The notes: generated from the letters alone by a model not told the origin. A DNA stretch of 64,000 nucleotides from an uncultured delta proteobacterium (GCA_963745035.1 CAVUVW010000014.1:704001-768000), one strand, 5' to 3'; shown: positions 20,320 to 30,374, numbered from the stretch's first letter. Made by a program: numbers and translations.

Positions 20320-21747
20320 ATGATACCCCTCCGCGCGTCGCGCAAGCGCTGGCTCGTTTGCGCTGCGTTTGTTCTTGTCGTGGCGATCTTTTTCGCGAGC
20401 TGCAGCTCGAGTACGCCGAGCCTGCCGGCCTTGCCGGGAATCAGCCCGCCGAGTGAGGACGAGGAAAGCCGAATCAGTCGCGAATTCCGCCGCGAGGCGA
20501 GAAAGCACCTCAAGTTTGTCAATCATCCGGAAGTCGAGCGTTACGTCGATCGCATCGGGCGGCGGATTCTCGGCGCCACAGGGCCGCAGGCGTTCGACTA
20601 CCGCTTCTTTGTCGTGGAAGACAACCAACTCAATGCCTTTGCCGTGCCCGGCGGCTCGATTTATCTCTTCTCCGGATTGATCGAGCGCGCCAAAACCACC
20701 GATGAGCTCGCCGGCGTTTTGGGACATGAAATCGTTCACGTGAAAGCGCGCCACATGGCGCGCTCATCGGGCCCGGACGCAATCTCGGTTCTGAGTCTTT
20801 TGGGCATGGTTCTGCTGGCGCGCAGCGGCGACGGCGCCCAGGCGGCCGGAATGGTCGGCCAAGCGGTCGCCGCCACTCGCCAGGCCGCCTACAGTCGCCA
20901 ATTGGAAATGGAAGCCGATACTTTGGGCGCGCGCTACATGACTTCGGCCGGCTATGATCCGAAAGGGGCGGTTGCCTTTCTCAAAACCCTCGACCAGGAG
21001 CGCGCGCTTAATCCGATCGATGTGCCCGCCTACATTATGAGCCATCCGATCACGCAGGAACGGGTGGCCAATGCCGAGCTCGTGATCCGCTCTCTCGGGC
21101 CTAGCCAGCTTAGACCGGAGAGTTCGGAGTCACTCAAAAAAATCCAGATGATCATTCGCATGGATCGGCCCGACCGGCACGGCATCGTGGCTGAAATGGA
21201 AAAATCCGTTCGCCAAAATCCGGACAATCCGGAGCAGCGTCATCTGCTCGGCTTTGCTCAGCAGCTTCACGGAAACTTGACGGAGGCGCAACGAAATTTC
21301 GAGGAGGCCCGAAAGGCGCGACCCGACAATCCCGCTCTGCAGCGCGACTTGGGCCGCCTCTATGGCCAAACGGGCGACTTCGTGAACGCGCGCCAGGCGT
21401 TCGATCGAGCCTTAGCGCTGGAGCCCAACGAGCCGCTCACGTACCTTTACTTGGGGGAAATGTTGGAAACCTCTGGAGATCTTAAAAGCGCTGTCGGCGC
21501 CTATCTCAACGCCCACAATCTTGCGCCGCTGTGGGAGCGCCCGCCGCAAAAACTCGGCATGGTTTACGGTAAGCTCGATCGACGGGGCGACGGTTACTAC
21601 TACTTAGCTCGCGCCCATGCGCTTCAGGATGACGATGTCAGGGCGATCGCCGACTACGAGCGCGCAATAAAGATCATCGGCGAGAACTCGCCGCGCGGAC
21701 AGTCAGTCAGGGAAGAGCTGAAAATCCTACGAAATCGCAGGCGGTAG
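20320..21747 (+). CDS. M48 metalloprotease with TPR repeats (BepA-like lipoprotein)
   Basis: Lipobox-like FASC, then NAFAVPGG, HEIVH, YSRQLEMEAD, SHP and C-terminal TPRs. Confidence 0.9.
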   Translation: MIPLRASRKRWLVCAAFVLVVAIFFASCSSSTPSLPALPGISPPSEDEESRISREFRREARKHLKFVNHPEVERYVDRIGRRILGATGPQAFDYRFFVVEDNQLNAFAVPGGSIYLFSGLIERAKTTDELAGVLGHEIVHVKARHMARSSGPDAISVLSLLGMVLLARSGDGAQAAGMVGQAVAATRQAAYSRQLEMEADTLGARYMTSAGYDPKGAVAFLKTLDQERALNPIDVPAYIMSHPITQERVANAELVIRSLGPSQLRPESSESLKKIQMIIRMDRPDRHGIVAEMEKSVRQNPDNPEQRHLLGFAQQLHGNLTEAQRNFEEARKARPDNPALQRDLGRLYGQTGDFVNARQAFDRALALEPNEPLTYLYLGEMLETSGDLKSAVGAYLNAHNLAPLWERPPQKLGMVYGKLDRRGDGYYYLARAHALQDDDVRAIADYERAIKIIGENSPRGQSVREELKILRNRRR

Positions 21748-21748
21748 G

Positions 21749-22123
21749 CTAGTGTTGCCCGGCCATGGCGGCCAGCGAGAGCACTCGTTCGCGCTCCGGC
21801 TTGGTATACCGATTTTCCCGTTTTAGCAGCACTTCGCGCAGATACCCAGGGTCAAAACCCAACAAATCGCAGATGTTTGTAAAGGAAAAAAGCCAATTGG
21901 TATCGGTATCTTCCACCCATTCGATGGCGTTCAGGTACTGGCATTGACCAGTGCTGGTGCGGGATCCGCGGTATTTCTCCAGGCACTCAACGGCATCCTT
22001 CAAGACGGCGATCATGAGGCGCTTTTCGCCCTCCAGTTTCCGTGATAACCCAGCCGAACCATAAAACTGGGAAGGCAAGAAAACATCCGGCTCGAGAATC
22101 CTTGCTAGAAAATCGTCGTACAT
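21749..22123 (-). CDS. Uncharacterised protein, paralogue of 29361-29831
   Basis: Preceded by SD GAGGAG; EPDVFLPSQF..EKRLMIAVLKDAVEC..FSFTNICDLLGFDPGYLR is shared with the paralogue. Confidence 0.8.
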   Translation of the reverse strand: MYDDFLARILEPDVFLPSQFYGSAGLSRKLEGEKRLMIAVLKDAVECLEKYRGSRTSTGQCQYLNAIEWVEDTDTNWLFSFTNICDLLGFDPGYLREVLLKRENRYTKPERERVLSLAAMAGQH

Positions 22124-22340
22124 GTCGTGAACAACTCTCCTCAGTGGCTTGAAGCTAAGCCTATAACACAGGCTCTAGGGGCGGTGCAATAAAAAAACCT
22201 CTAGCCTTAGATCGCTGTAAAATAGCACACTTACGAGCCATCACGAGTGTTGGAGTACGGAAATTCCTACAACACCCAGACAGCGTGGCGGCGACTTAGG
22301 GCCTGCCGTCGCCGTGTTGGCGCGGTACTGGGTTGAGGCG

Positions 22341-23051
22341 TTAGATACCGGCCATGAGACCGGCCAGTGCCGTTTTTGCGACGTTATGATCCCAGACCTT
22401 TTGCACGACGGAATCTTTGCGCCGCTGCTTCATCACCCGTTGCGTTTCGTCTTCGTTGTAGACCATGACCGGACCGAGCAACGAAGCTTTGTAGAATCGC
22501 GAAGCGGCTTCCTCCAAATCGACACATCCGGCGAATACCCATTCTATAGAGTGAGCCACAACCATCGAACCATGGCCGCGTAGCATGACGGCATCTGCCT
22601 TGCCCAAAGCTTTTGCCACGGCGTCACCCTGCTCGATCGTGTGGATCAGCGCCGGATCCATGTATTTGGGCAACGGGCCCGGGCCGAAAAAGGCGCCGGG
22701 ATTGGAAGATGCCGGATAGAACGGTTTATCAACCATCGAGAGGGTCGCGACCATGTGATTATGCAAATGCGCAACGCTTTGAATATCGCTGCGCGCTTTG
22801 TACGCCCGCGCGTGCATATTGACCTCGGAAGGCGCCTTGTAATTGCCCTCGATCAGCTTGCCTTCGAAATCGGTAATCACCATATCATCCGGCTTCACCG
22901 TGGCGCGGCTTACAGGATGGGGCAAAATAACAAGATGATCCGAACCGGGAATACGCGCGCTGATATGCCCGCTGTAATCCACCAATCCGGCGTTGAACAA
23001 CATGCGCGATGACATGGCGAGTTTCGTTTTAAGCTCTCCTAATTCAGACAA
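22341..23051 (-). CDS. Class II aldolase / adducin family protein
   Basis: TTG follows GGAGGAG; motifs GHISAR, PSEVNMH, HLH and LRGHG. Confidence 0.88.
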   Translation of the reverse strand: MSELGELKTKLAMSSRMLFNAGLVDYSGHISARIPGSDHLVILPHPVSRATVKPDDMVITDFEGKLIEGNYKAPSEVNMHARAYKARSDIQSVAHLHNHMVATLSMVDKPFYPASSNPGAFFGPGPLPKYMDPALIHTIEQGDAVAKALGKADAVMLRGHGSMVVAHSIEWVFAGCVDLEEAASRFYKASLLGPVMVYNEDETQRVMKQRRKDSVVQKVWDHNVAKTALAGLMAGI

Positions 23052-23172
23052 GATCGTGCTCCTCCCTAACCAACGAGTTTTTTGTGCTATATCTTCCATT
23101 GAAGCTTAGTTCAACCGCTCGCATCCTGGAGGGCACAGATCTCGCGCCTCTAGGGAAGGAAAGCCGTTCAAG

Positions 23173-24960
23173 ATGAGTACAAACAGCGCCGCGGGAATCC
23201 GCTGGGATTTGCGCGATCTTTTCGCGGGTCACGATGATCCGCGTATCGACGCGACGTTGCGGGAATGTTGCGGTCGTGCTGAAAAATTTGCCGAAAAGTT
23301 TCGTCCGCTGCTGGAAAATTCGCAGACGCTCACCGCGGATGCTGTGTTCGACGCTTTGCAGGAGTTGGAAAGCATCTATGAACCTCTCGGCCGAGTCGGC
23401 AGCTATGCCGGCCTGCTTTATGCCGCAGACACTGCGAGACCCGAGTATCAGGACTTGGAGCAGCAAGTCGAGCAGCGCTCCACGGAGATCCGCAACCTGC
23501 TGCTCTTTTTTGAGCTCGAATGGCTCAAGCTCGATGATGCGCTAGCGAACAGAATCATGGCTGATCCCTCGCTCAAGCCCTACAGCCATTATCTCGCGAG
23601 CCTACGCCGCTACCGGCCGCATACGCTCACCGAACCGGAAGAGAAAATTCTCAATGAACGAGACAACACGGGCCGCAACGCCTTCGGCCGCCTCTTTTCC
23701 GAGCTCACCTCGTCGCTTTCATTTCCCTTCGAAAGGGACGGCCAAACGGAACAACTCAACTTGAGCCAGATTCTCTCGCTGCTGCACGAGCCGGACAGGG
23801 CACAACGCCAGCGCGCCATGGAAACGCTTTATCAGGGACTTGCGGAGCACGGCCAGGTGCTGACGTTCGTCTACGACACGCTCATTCAAGACAATTTGAC
23901 CATGGATCGGCTGCGCAGTTATTCCGGGCCGATGGCGCAGCGCCACTTGTCCAATGAAATCGACGGCGAAGCCGTGCGCACGATGATGGCCGTAACCGAA
24001 GAGAATTACGGCTTGGCGCACGATTACTTCCGCCTCAAGGCGCAGTTGCTGCAACTTCCCCGCCTCGCGCTTTACGATCAGTACGCGCCGGTAGGCAAGG
24101 AAGTACGGCCTTTCCCGTACGATCAAGCGCAGCAGGTGATTCTCGATGCGTTCGAGGCTTTCGATCCGAGGTTTCGGCAAATCGCCGATGAATTTTTTGC
24201 CAAGAATTGGATCGACGCCGAGATTCGCAAAGGCAAACGCGGCGGCGCCTTCTGCGCGTCGCCGTCGCCGCAGCTCCATCCCTACATACTTTGCAACTAC
24301 GACGACAACCTGCGCGACGTCATGACCGTCGCCCATGAGCTCGGCCATGGCCTGCACGGTTGCTTGAGTCGGAAACAGAATTACTTCAACTACGACACGC
24401 CGCTCACCACCGCGGAGACAGCGTCGGTGTTCGGCGAGATGCTCGTCTTTGACCATTTGCTGGCTAAACAAACCGATCCGCAGGTGCAGATCGCCCTGCT
24501 CGCCGGCAAAATCGAAGACATCTTCGCCACCGTGTTTCGTCAAAACGTGCTCACACGATTTGAAGAACTGGCGTTTGCGGCAAGAAAGGAAAAGCGGCTA
24601 ACTCCCGAAACTCTAGGAAACCTGTGGCTCGATGCGAACGGCAAATATTACGGCGATGCCGTCGACATGCCCGACGGCTACCGCTGGGGCTGGTCGTACA
24701 TCCCCCACTTCATCCACTCACGCTTTTACTGTTACAGCTACGTCTTCGGCCAGCTTCTCGTCCTCGCCTTGTACCGCATGTACAAAGACGAAGGCAAAAG
24801 TTTCGTGCCGAAGTATCTCGCTCTGCTCGAAGCTGGCGGTTCGGATTCCCCCGACGCGCTGCTCAAACCGCTCGGCGTGGACATTCACGACCCCTCGTTC
24901 TGGCAGAAAGGGTTCGAGGAGATCACAGGATTGGTGACTCGATTACGCGCTTTGATTTGA
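23173..24960 (+). CDS. pepF: Oligoendopeptidase F (M3B)
   Basis: Motifs WDLRDLF, GKRGGAFC, HELGH, AETASVFGE and WSYIPHF. Confidence 0.93.
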   Translation: MSTNSAAGIRWDLRDLFAGHDDPRIDATLRECCGRAEKFAEKFRPLLENSQTLTADAVFDALQELESIYEPLGRVGSYAGLLYAADTARPEYQDLEQQVEQRSTEIRNLLLFFELEWLKLDDALANRIMADPSLKPYSHYLASLRRYRPHTLTEPEEKILNERDNTGRNAFGRLFSELTSSLSFPFERDGQTEQLNLSQILSLLHEPDRAQRQRAMETLYQGLAEHGQVLTFVYDTLIQDNLTMDRLRSYSGPMAQRHLSNEIDGEAVRTMMAVTEENYGLAHDYFRLKAQLLQLPRLALYDQYAPVGKEVRPFPYDQAQQVILDAFEAFDPRFRQIADEFFAKNWIDAEIRKGKRGGAFCASPSPQLHPYILCNYDDNLRDVMTVAHELGHGLHGCLSRKQNYFNYDTPLTTAETASVFGEMLVFDHLLAKQTDPQVQIALLAGKIEDIFATVFRQNVLTRFEELAFAARKEKRLTPETLGNLWLDANGKYYGDAVDMPDGYRWGWSYIPHFIHSRFYCYSYVFGQLLVLALYRMYKDEGKSFVPKYLALLEAGGSDSPDALLKPLGVDIHDPSFWQKGFEEITGLVTRLRALI

Positions 24961-25027
24961 TCGGACAGCACAATAGGTGCTATCCGAAGAAAGGCCGATC
25001 GACTTTCTAATCTCTTCTGGCGATTTA

Positions 25028-26470
25028 TCATTTCATCCTAAAACTCGGCGGCACGACTTCGTCGATCGGCTTGCCGGTCCAGTGCCATTTCGCCACGCTG
25101 TCCCAGACCTGATCCCCTTTGGCTTGGACTTTTTCCAGCAGATCTTCTTCGTTCAGGCGCAGATAGTTGCCGTTGTCGACCAGCGTTTCACCGTCGACGA
25201 TGACGGTACGCACGTCGCGGCTGACCGCCGTTTCCATCAGCGAGCGGATCGGGTCGCGCACGGCGCCGAAGGCGATGTCGCGCAGGTTGACGATCGTGAT
25301 GTCCGCCTTGGCGCCTTTTTGCAGCCGCCCTAGGTCGTCGCGGCCGAGCATTTTCGCGCCTCCTAAAGTGATTGCGTTGAACACGTCGCGCGGGTGGCCG
25401 GAGAGAAAACTCTTGTCGGCGACGCGCGAGGCGATCGCCGCGTAGCGCATGTCGGAGAGAATGTCTTTGGGAAACGTATCCGTGCCGATGCCCATGTTGA
25501 TGCCGGCCTGGCGATATTTATCGAAGGACTCCATGACGATGCCGAGCTTTAAATACTTGAGCGGGCTGTAGGCGACCGAAGCGCCGGAGTCGGCGATGAT
25601 CTTTAGATCGTCGCCATAGGGGTATGCAAGCCAACTATGGCCGCTGATAAAAATGCAGTGCGAGAGCGAAACGTCCGGATCGAGAAAACCGATCTTTTTG
25701 AGCAGCTCGATGGGCGTGCAGCGTTCGCGCTGCATGACGGTGTGAAACTCGAACAAGTTGATCGTCGCGTGAATCTGAATCCCCACGCCGGCATCTTTGG
25801 CCGCTTTCTTCGTATCCTTGAGGAGCGCGGGAGTGCACGAATCAACGTGGCCGGGAAAGAGCATCGCCGTCATGCGGCCACTGCACGCGCCGTTGAATTT
25901 TTTTGCAAAGTCGACTGCCGTTCTCAGTCCTTTGCTGCCGCGCTCATCATCCCAGTCGTATTCCAAACGGCCTTCCCGGTCGTGGAAGAAGCTCACGTTC
26001 TTGTAACTCGGTCCGGCGACGCAGCGGATGCCCACTTGATCGATCATGTCGACGTAGCGGTCCGGTTCTCCGCCTGCGCCACCGATATCAAAGGTAGTGG
26101 TCACGCCGCTTTTCAAAACATGAATCAGCGAAAATCGCTGCCCCACGTCGACGTCTTTCAAATGCGCCGAGTGCGCCCCTTCGCGCGTCGGGCCGCCGTG
26201 GGCCAAATAGTTGGACGCGAAAAAATCCGTCTTGGTGGAGTCGGCGAGAATGTAATCGCTGGCATTGATGCCGGAATGAAAATGGGTATCGATAAAGCCC
26301 GGCGAAACCAGACAGCCCCCGGCGTCGATTTTTTTGTCGACCGGCTGCGCATAATCTTTGCCGACAAACTCGACGCGATTCCCGTCGAAAACAACGACTC
26401 CGTCTTTGATAATTTCATGCTCCTTGCCGTCAAACCCGACGACAAAACCGCCTTGGATGAGTGTTTTCAT
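25028..26470 (-). CDS. Amidohydrolase (chlorohydrolase / deaminase-like)
   Basis: Motifs PGFIDTHFH, QIH, GIGTD and GRLQKGAKAD. Confidence 0.88.
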   Translation of the reverse strand: MKTLIQGGFVVGFDGKEHEIIKDGVVVFDGNRVEFVGKDYAQPVDKKIDAGGCLVSPGFIDTHFHSGINASDYILADSTKTDFFASNYLAHGGPTREGAHSAHLKDVDVGQRFSLIHVLKSGVTTTFDIGGAGGEPDRYVDMIDQVGIRCVAGPSYKNVSFFHDREGRLEYDWDDERGSKGLRTAVDFAKKFNGACSGRMTAMLFPGHVDSCTPALLKDTKKAAKDAGVGIQIHATINLFEFHTVMQRERCTPIELLKKIGFLDPDVSLSHCIFISGHSWLAYPYGDDLKIIADSGASVAYSPLKYLKLGIVMESFDKYRQAGINMGIGTDTFPKDILSDMRYAAIASRVADKSFLSGHPRDVFNAITLGGAKMLGRDDLGRLQKGAKADITIVNLRDIAFGAVRDPIRSLMETAVSRDVRTVIVDGETLVDNGNYLRLNEEDLLEKVQAKGDQVWDSVAKWHWTGKPIDEVVPPSFRMK

Positions 26471-26623
26471 CTCGCGAGCCTTTCCGTGTTGGTTGGAACA
26501 GACGCAGGACTAACAAAACAGTCAAAACAAGACAAGCAGAGAGGAAAAACGAGTGGGCGGGATCGCGAGCAACCGCCGCAGCAGCCAATCATGTCAGCGG
26601 AGCAAAAAACTGTCGATGGCGCA

Positions 26624-27658
26624 CTAAACAGCAAAACGGAAGTGAATAATGTCGCCGTCTTTGACGAGGTACTCCTTGCCTTCCAGGCGGAGCTTGCCGG
26701 CCTCTTTGCACTTGGCCTCGCTGCCATGAAGGATAAAGTCATCGTACGCGACAACCTCGGCGCGGATGAAGCCGCGTTCGATGTCGCTATGAATTCTTCC
26801 GGCTGCCTTTCGCGCGACGGTTCCTTTCGTGATGGTCCAGGCCCGAACCTCATCTTCGCCGGTCGTAAAGAAGCTGATGAGATCCAACAACGCGTAGGCG
26901 GCTCGAATGAATCGCTCCCGGGCCGGCTCTTGGATGCCGATCTCCTTGAGGAACGCAGCTCGATCGCTTTCGTCGAGCTGGGCGATTTCCATTTCAACCT
27001 TGCCGGCAAGCGCCAATCCCTCGAGCCCGCGGCGGGTTAATTCTTCCTGATTCGCAGCCTCCAGTGGAACTCCGGCTTTGTCCTCGGCGCGATTAAAAAT
27101 CACCAGCACGGGCTTGCGGCTTAGAAAACCGAACCCCGACGCAAGATTTTCTTCATCGGCGCTAAACTCGATATTTCTCAGGCTCTCTTCATTCTCCAGG
27201 GCCGCGGCGCACCGTTCGAGCAACGCCTCTTCCTGCGGCCGGGCCTTTTCCTTTTTCAGGCGTCCCCGGCGATTTTCCACCACGGTAAGATCGGCCAAGA
27301 TCATCTCGGTGAGGAGCGCGTTTAGTTCTTTCATCGGATTGGCGCCCGGCTCGAAATCCCGCAGCACCAGCGTGATGGCGTCGACTTCGCGCATTTGCGT
27401 CACCAACGCGCTATTGGATTTGAGATCCTCTTCGCCTTGGCTCGGAGGAAAATCGGTAAAACGAATTTCCGCGTAGGTGGTTTTTTTTGGCTTAAAAATC
27501 GCCGAGAGCTTATCGATGCGCCCGTCGGGAACTTTGATCACGCCGAGGTGCACCTCTTCTTTGCTCCCGAAGCCGCCGACCTGCGCCTGCAATCCTGTGA
27601 GCATGTTGAAGATCGTTGTCTTCCCCGCGCCCCGATGGCCGATGAGTCCCACTTTCAT
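26624..27658 (-). CDS. ychF: YchF family ATPase
   Basis: Motifs GKTTIFN, VPDGRID, FFTTGEDEVRAW, IHSDIERGFIRAE and EGKEYLVKDGD. Confidence 0.93.
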   Translation of the reverse strand: MKVGLIGHRGAGKTTIFNMLTGLQAQVGGFGSKEEVHLGVIKVPDGRIDKLSAIFKPKKTTYAEIRFTDFPPSQGEEDLKSNSALVTQMREVDAITLVLRDFEPGANPMKELNALLTEMILADLTVVENRRGRLKKEKARPQEEALLERCAAALENEESLRNIEFSADEENLASGFGFLSRKPVLVIFNRAEDKAGVPLEAANQEELTRRGLEGLALAGKVEMEIAQLDESDRAAFLKEIGIQEPARERFIRAAYALLDLISFFTTGEDEVRAWTITKGTVARKAAGRIHSDIERGFIRAEVVAYDDFILHGSEAKCKEAGKLRLEGKEYLVKDGDIIHFRFAV

Positions 27659-27745
27659 TGAATTCTCCGGAATCTTCGATCAGGGCAATCTATCAGGAAA
27701 AGTTCGGCGAATAAATTGAGAACAGACTGGCAGCCGCGCGAGGCG

Positions 27746-27793
27746 AAAAAAAGCCGCTCAGCTCGGGGGAGGCAACGTCGAGCTGAGCGGCTT
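27746..27793 (-). terminator. Intrinsic terminator after degP
   Basis: Minus strand reads AAGCCGCTCAGCTCG-loop-CGAGCTGAGCGGC followed by a T run. Confidence 0.8.
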
Positions 27794-27813
27794 GGGCTCT
27801 GGCGCGAAACCGG

Positions 27814-29289
27814 TTAGCGCTTCAATGCCAAGAACACGCTGGATTCTCCCCGGCGCACGAGAAAAAGCATGGATTTGCCTTTCTCGCTGCGTGAAATTTC
27901 GCGGTTGTAGTCCGCCAAATTTTTCACTGGGCGCCGGTTGACCTGCGTGATCACATCGCCGGAGCGCAATCCAGCCTCGTCCGCCGCGCTGCCCGGCTTG
28001 ACGGAGGCAACGACAAGCCCTTCGGCGCGCTCGAGCCCCAAACTCTGCGCCATCTCCGGTGTCAGCGGCTGGACCGCTAGGCCCAACTCACCCTCTTGAC
28101 CGGCAGGGGCCGCAACTTCATTGTCCTTTAGTTCGCCGACCGTGATCGGCAGCGAGATCTGTTTGCCGTCGCGCGCAATTTTGAGCTGCACCGAGGTCCC
28201 CGGCGCAACCCGTGCCACAGCGGCAGGAAGATCGGATGAGTCCTTGATTTCTTTCTTGTCGAACTCAACGATCACATCGCCTGCCTTGAGACCGGCCTTT
28301 TCCGCCGGTCCGCCCTGCACTACGTCCGCCACCAACGCGCCCTCGCGCTGCTTCAGTCCGAGCGAATCGGCGATCTCGGGCGTGATCTTCTGCACCGTCG
28401 TGCCCAAGTAGCCGCGCACGACCCTGCCCTTATCCCTCAACTGCGGCAGCAGATCCTTTACCGAGTTGGTCGGGATCGCGAAGCCGATGCCGATGTTTCC
28501 GCCCGTCTGGCTGAAAATGGCGGTATTGATGCCGACGACCTCGCCGCGCAGGTTGAGCAGCGGCCCGCCGGAGTTGCCCGGATTGATCGACGCATCGGTT
28601 TGAATGAAGTTGTCGTACGGCCCGGCGCCGATCTGCCTGCCCTTGGCGCTGACGATGCCGGAAGTGATCGTGTGATCCAGGCCGAAGGGATTGCCGATCG
28701 CGATCACCCATTCGCCGACTTCGAGCCGATCGGAGTCGCCGAGAGTCACCGCCGGAAGATCGCGCCCCGCGTCGATTTTGATCACGGCAATATCGGTCTT
28801 TTGATCCTTGCCGATCACTTTGGCGTCGAAATGTTTTCCGTCCGATAGGGTCACGCTGATTTTCTCCGCCTCGCCGACGACGTGATAGTTGGTGAGGATC
28901 GTGCCGTTGGCATCGATAATAAATCCGGAGCCGACGCCGTTTTGCCGTTGCGGCCCACGCGGGATGCGCCCGCCGAAGAAGCGCTCCAGCAGTTCATTGC
29001 GCGGGTCGCCTGGACCGAACGGCGAGGGTTGGCCCTGCGCCGGCCGGCGCACCTGCGTCGTCGAGACGTTCACCACCGACGGCCCGACTCTCTTTGCCAG
29101 CTCGGTAAAGTTCGGCAGGCTGCGAATCGGATCCGCTGCCGCCGCGACAAGTAGGGTTGAATTTTTCGACCCATAATTATTGTCGATCGCGCCGGTGACG
29201 GTTGCTCCGGCAAGCACAGCCACGACGCTGCCAACCACCAGCGACGTAACACTCACGTTTTTTTTGGTTCGCGTCAGTTTTTCAAACAT
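27814..29289 (-). CDS. degP: DegP/DegQ serine endoprotease with two PDZ domains
   Basis: Motifs GSGFII, LTNYHV, DIAVIK and QTDASINPGNSGGPL, plus two PDZ domains. Confidence 0.93.
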   Translation of the reverse strand: MFEKLTRTKKNVSVTSLVVGSVVAVLAGATVTGAIDNNYGSKNSTLLVAAAADPIRSLPNFTELAKRVGPSVVNVSTTQVRRPAQGQPSPFGPGDPRNELLERFFGGRIPRGPQRQNGVGSGFIIDANGTILTNYHVVGEAEKISVTLSDGKHFDAKVIGKDQKTDIAVIKIDAGRDLPAVTLGDSDRLEVGEWVIAIGNPFGLDHTITSGIVSAKGRQIGAGPYDNFIQTDASINPGNSGGPLLNLRGEVVGINTAIFSQTGGNIGIGFAIPTNSVKDLLPQLRDKGRVVRGYLGTTVQKITPEIADSLGLKQREGALVADVVQGGPAEKAGLKAGDVIVEFDKKEIKDSSDLPAAVARVAPGTSVQLKIARDGKQISLPITVGELKDNEVAAPAGQEGELGLAVQPLTPEMAQSLGLERAEGLVVASVKPGSAADEAGLRSGDVITQVNRRPVKNLADYNREISRSEKGKSMLFLVRRGESSVFLALKR

Positions 29290-29360
29290 CGTTGTTCTCT
29301 TTCTTGTTTAAAGAAGGGGCAATACCCGTTTTGAGATTTTGCCGTTCGGTAAGAGCCCAT

Positions 29361-29831
29361 CTACGTACCAACTCTGCCGATGCTCGGCCGCGCGCGCGTT
29401 TTTTCAGTGCGGCTTTCTTGCGCGCTGCGCTTCCAGCGCGCCAATCCTTGGCGCATGTAATCGGCGTCGAAGCCGAGCGCATCGCAGATGTTTGCAAATG
29501 AGAACAAATAGGAGCGATCGGGATTCGCGATCCATTGTTCGGCTTCGTAGTGCATCACCTGTTTGCGCTTACACTTGGCCGCCACATGCTCTTGAAAACA
29601 GCCCACCGCGTCTTGCAGCACCGCGAGCATGAGCACCTTTTCCGGATCGAGATGAAAGCGTCTTTTATGGCTGGCCTGAAATTGAGCGTCGATGAGGATA
29701 TCGGGCTGAAAGATCATCATCGCCTTTTCCTCGATCATCGGACCGCGCGGCGTCGTTCCCTCCTGCAGCCAAAAAGGGATGCGTCCCCGATGATTCGCTG
29801 GCTTCGGCTTTGCTCGTTTCCTGACGATCAT
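29361..29831 (-). CDS. Uncharacterised protein, paralogue of 21749-22123
   Basis: ATG follows GGAGGT; QPDILIDAQF..EKVLMLAVLQDAVGC..FSFANICDALGFDADYMR. Confidence 0.8.
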   Translation of the reverse strand: MIVRKRAKPKPANHRGRIPFWLQEGTTPRGPMIEEKAMMIFQPDILIDAQFQASHKRRFHLDPEKVLMLAVLQDAVGCFQEHVAAKCKRKQVMHYEAEQWIANPDRSYLFSFANICDALGFDADYMRQGLARWKRSAQESRTEKTRARPSIGRVGT

Positions 29832-29893
29832 GACATTACCTCCATGACAATTAGAGCAATCCTTGCGGCGGATTGTTCCAGATTTTTTCGGTT

Positions 29894-29979
29894 CTGAACC
29901 CCCGCCGGGGCATTCGACAAGGCAGGAGCCCCTCCCGGACCATTTTACCGGCTCCTCCAACGCCCCGCGGCGATTTCAG
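29894..29979 (-). other. Candidate structured leader RNA
   Basis: Nested pairings on the minus strand: CTGAA/TTCAG, GGGGCGTT/AATGCCCC and GGAGCC/GGCTCC. Confidence 0.4.
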
Positions 29980-30026
29980 AAAGAAGACCGGCGAATCTGT
30001 TACTGGGACAAGCTGAGAAGAGATCG

Positions 30027-30374
30027 CTAGATCAACAGTATCGAATCGAGCAAATGGAGGGGAACTTTCCGCGTTCGAGGTGTCGCCGGAGGTAAGCTTC
30101 GATGGGCCGGCGCGGCTGACGCGCGAAATCCGCTGGTTTCCCAAGCCCTGCCAAGCACGGGTGCCGGTGGCTGCCCCGACCCGAGCAACAACAGCTCAAA
30201 CCGGAAATCGTCCGGCGCCGCTGCGCTGGCCGGAAAACCGTGCTGCAACCCAGGCGAATAGCCGGAGCTGGTCGGCGCGCTATCGTGAGCCAAGCCGAGC
30301 GCGAAACCGGCAAGGGTGATGGCGACGATTAAGCTGATCGTCGCCACCGCCTTCTTAATTTTACGGATTTTCAT
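30027..30374 (-). CDS. Small exported or membrane protein ending in KVPLHLLDSILLI
   Basis: Signal peptide MKIRKIKKAVATISLIVAITLAGFALGLA, a Pro/Ala-rich linker and a hydrophobic C-terminal motif. Confidence 0.6.
   Translation of the reverse strand: MKIRKIKKAVATISLIVAITLAGFALGLAHDSAPTSSGYSPGLQHGFPASAAAPDDFRFELLLLGSGQPPAPVLGRAWETSGFRASAAPAHRSLPPATPRTRKVPLHLLDSILLI

Noticed and set aside
25637-27040. Long ORFs antisense to real genes (also 47842-49215, 52415-53641, 12733-13638 and most of 30027-31325)
   Set aside because: They are shadow ORFs typical of GC-rich DNA, have no motifs and lie opposite well-supported genes.
29894-29979. SRP (4.5S) RNA
   Set aside because: It contains GGTCCGGGAGG but lacks the conserved CAGG..GGAAGGAAGCAGC internal-loop motif.
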